From Nanohaloarchaea archaeon B1-Br10_U2g1 (GTDB lineage Archaea; Nanohalarchaeota; Nanosalinia; Nanosalinales; Nanosalinaceae), in NCBI GenBank assembly GCA_001563875.1, contig LKMN01000016.1:1-17421 (forward strand): 17,421 bases of DNA, given 5' to 3'. Both the position numbers and the translations under genes were made by a program. This document shows, piece after piece, positions 15,157 through 17,421 of this stretch (positions are counted from its first letter, which is position 1; the number at the start of each line of letters is the position of its first letter). A model generated the notes under the pieces. The model had not been told where the DNA came from and searched no databases. It was given only the letters and a program-made list of their open reading frames with translations.

Positions 15157-15816
15157 TTAGAGAAAGTTTTTCTCATTCTCCGACCAGAACCTGTCTAAGT
15201 CAAAGTTGTAGTCGTGTTCAAGACATCTAGCTATATTTTCAGCGGTTACACGTGTTTCAGCAGTTAAGCTGTACCCGTCACCGTTTTTCTCTAGGTAGCC
15301 TGCGGATGAAAGAACTTCCAGCTGCTCCGAAAGATCTTTACCTACAACCTTCTCTATCTCCGAGTCTGTAAAGTTATGGTCGGATCCGTATAGACTGCTG
15401 TTTCCGAACGGCCAGAGCGCTACCGCGTACTCGTTCCCTAGATCCATCTCTATATCAGCAGGGTCTGGATTAAGATCAGGATTAGTCAGAGAATCTTCTA
15501 TGCTGTCTATTATTTCCTCTATCTCTTCGTCCTCTTCCAGCATTGTTCTTACATCACCGTCATACTCAAAATGTAGGGCGTAGTCTATTCTCTTTGCTTT
15601 GTCCTCATAACTTTTTGAAAGAGAAATTATCTCGTCTCTATCCTCCTGCGGAGATACATGAACTACTTCTGCTGCATTTAGTTCGACTAATGCATTTCTA
15701 ACATACTCCAGTTCACTTCTGGGTCTTAGATGGGAAAGACTGATCTCCGGCATCTCGTTACTGTTAAGCATCAATCCGAAGTCCGAAAGTATCTTTGTTA
15801 CAAGCTCTCTTTCCAT
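15157..15816 (-). CDS. acidic protein with a C-terminal winged-helix-like segment, immediately downstream of leuS
   Basis: It starts 4 nt after the leuS TGA, so it is probably co-transcribed. The C-terminus VVGKDLSEQLEVLSSAGYLEKNGDGYSLTAETR resembles a MarR/ArsR-type wHTH. The N-terminus may hold a second wHTH. Confidence 0.5.
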   Translation of the reverse strand: MERELVTKILSDFGLMLNSNEMPEISLSHLRPRSELEYVRNALVELNAAEVVHVSPQEDRDEIISLSKSYEDKAKRIDYALHFEYDGDVRTMLEEDEEIEEIIDSIEDSLTNPDLNPDPADIEMDLGNEYAVALWPFGNSSLYGSDHNFTDSEIEKVVGKDLSEQLEVLSSAGYLEKNGDGYSLTAETRVTAENIARCLEHDYNFDLDRFWSENEKNFL

Positions 15817-15820
15817 CGAA

Positions 15821-17421
15821 TCACTTAAGAATTATGGCAGGTTTACCAGGTTCGGCTCTAGAGGCCTTTCCTTCATCTGATTTCTCCTCCTCAACTACTT
15901 CGACGTCCAGTTCAAAACGGTCGCTCCAACGCCTCTTGTTCAGTTCAAGTGCTTCGGCCTCAACTTTCTGTGAGATGTACTGTTTTTCGAACTTCCCAGG
16001 ATTTTCCACAGCGTTGACCACCAACTGGTTTATATCCTGAGCATGAGGCTTCAGATCATCTTCTAGAACTCTGCCCATCATCTCTCCTACGTCTTTCACG
16101 TCAAGGTTCTGATCTATACGGGAGAATGCTCTGTACTTCCATTCTGAAGCCTGGATTATCTTCACATTGTTGACGTCTTCATCAACCATCTCGCTGATAT
16201 CTCTGATATCGCTGGAAACTCTCTGGAAGTAGTCCTCTATAACTTCGGCCTCCTGGTCTAGAAGCGTTTCATCTACTTCCGGCCACTCCGTTCTCAGTAC
16301 AAACTGGCTGTGACCTAGCTCGTTCCACAGTTCATCGCTTAGATGCGGTGCGTAAGGGTTTAACATCTTGACAAGGGTTCTTACGCCGTGGCTGAATATT
16401 GCAGGGTCAGGATCGTTCTGTTTATACCAGTAGAGCTTTGTTAGCAGACGGTCAAGCTCTCCTATAGCCATATGGAACTCGTAGTTTTCAGTATCTTCTG
16501 TAACTTTCTCTATAGCCCTCTGTATATGACTTGAGACGATCCGGTTCTCTAGACTTACATCCTCAAGTACGGGTTTGTTGTCGGTTATAAGCTCATAGTT
16601 CTCTGTGACGAGTCGATGAGTTCTTTCAAGCATCTCTTCAGATGATTCTACGCCTTTTTCGCTCCACTCTAGTTCTTTTGTCGGTCCTGCAGCTCTAAGT
16701 ATAAACAGCCTTGCTGTGTCGGCACCGTGATCCTCTATAAGCTGTTCAGGGTCAACAACGTTCTTCTTTGATTTACTCATCTTTCTGACGTCTACTTCAA
16801 GCTCTCTACCGCATTTGCTGCAGTTTTCGCCGTTTTCAACCTCTTCAGGGTACAGCCATCCATGCTCAGGGCATTTGTACGAGGGATGGTGAACCATTCC
16901 CAAGGTAAGCAGTCTCTCAAAAGGCTCGTCTGCTTCAAGCATGTCCTGGTCTCTGAAGAACTTTGTGAAAAATCTTGAGTAAAGCAGATGCATAACTGCG
17001 TGCTCTATACCGCCTATATACTGGTCGACGTTCATCCAGTAGTCTGCGTCATCAATATCGAAAGGAAGTTCTTCGTTTTCAGGAGAGATATAACGTAGGA
17101 AGTACCATGAGCTTCCGATAAAGGTGTCCATGGTATCGGTCTCTCTTCTCGCTTCTTCTCCGCATTCGGGGCACTCAACTTCGTCCCAGGACTCTGAGGT
17201 CTCTATAGGGTTTCCTTGTCCTGTGAACTCCACGTCTTCCGGAAGCTCTACCGGCAGGTCTTCCTCGGGTACAGGAACTGTTCCACATTCGCTACAGTTT
17301 ATAACTGGTATAGGTGTTCCCCAGTATCTCTGACGGGAGATAAGCCAGTCTCGAAGCTTGTAACTTACAGCGGCTTCTCCAGTATTTTCTTCCTCAAGTT
17401 TCTCTATAGCTTTCTGTATGC
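15821..17421 (-). CDS. leuS: leucyl-tRNA synthetase, C-terminal ~530 codons; the gene continues beyond the window end
   Basis: The frame is open to position 17421 and encodes ...[19 protein letters not shown](I)NC..C.. (LeuRS motif), a KMSKS motif ([14 protein letters not shown]) and the archaeal-type C-terminal domain. The ORF-track GTG at 17233 is internal. Confidence 0.93.
   Translation of the reverse strand, partial: IQKAIEKLEEENTGEAAVSYKLRDWLISRQRYWGTPIPVINCSECGTVPVPEEDLPVELPEDVEFTGQGNPIETSESWDEVECPECGEEARRETDTMDTFIGSSWYFLRYISPENEELPFDIDDADYWMNVDQYIGGIEHAVMHLLYSRFFTKFFRDQDMLEADEPFERLLTLGMVHHPSYKCPEHGWLYPEEVENGENCSKCGRELEVDVRKMSKSKKNVVDPEQLIEDHGADTARLFILRAAGPTKELEWSEKGVESSEEMLERTHRLVTENYELITDNKPVLEDVSLENRIVSSHIQRAIEKVTEDTENYEFHMAIGELDRLLTKLYWYKQNDPDPAIFSHGVRTLVKMLNPYAPHLSDELWNELGHSQFVLRTEWPEVDETLLDQEAEVIEDYFQRVSSDIRDISEMVDEDVNNVKIIQASEWKYRAFSRIDQNLDVKDVGEMMGRVLEDDLKPHAQDINQLVVNAVENPGKFEKQYISQKVEAEALELNKRRWSDRFELDVEVVEEEKSDEGKASRAEPGKPAIILK

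Overview
Mostly minus-strand, compact archaeal region (roughly 45% GC by eye, coding density >90%). The predicted proteins are strongly acidic (D/E-rich), as in a salt-in halophile, and there is a small-genome, nanohaloarchaeon/DPANN-like feel; the taxonomic guess is inference only. Recognisable genes are alaS, an SPFH/stomatin protein, the conserved secE-spt5-rpl11-rpl1-rpl10 cluster with rpl12 (P1), ftsZ, an FKBP-type PPIase, the 3' part of leuS (running off the window end), several membrane/secreted proteins and several acidic hypotheticals. Most genes have an A/T-rich TATA-like box about 25-30 nt upstream of the start codon (leaderless pattern), while the r-protein genes carry internal Shine-Dalgarno-like motifs. 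Oligo-T tracts and a few hairpins follow genes. No rRNA, tRNA, CRISPR array or obvious transposase was seen. Most notable: (1) ftsZ is interrupted by an in-frame TAA exactly at a universally conserved Glu codon; (2) the otherwise universal rpl10-rpl12 adjacency is broken by an opposite-strand gene for a non-acidic Cro/C1-type HTH protein; (3) P0 (L10) lacks the C-terminal tail that archaeal P0 normally shares with P1; (4) a perfect ACCAAT-N9-ATTGGT palindrome sits upstream of the ftsZ promoter; (5) an unexplained 210-bp intergenic region holds a long imperfect hairpin. No multi-gene cluster here looks to me like a novel defence or mobile system; the unknown acidic proteins at 100-2908 and 14892-15816 are the dark matter of this window.
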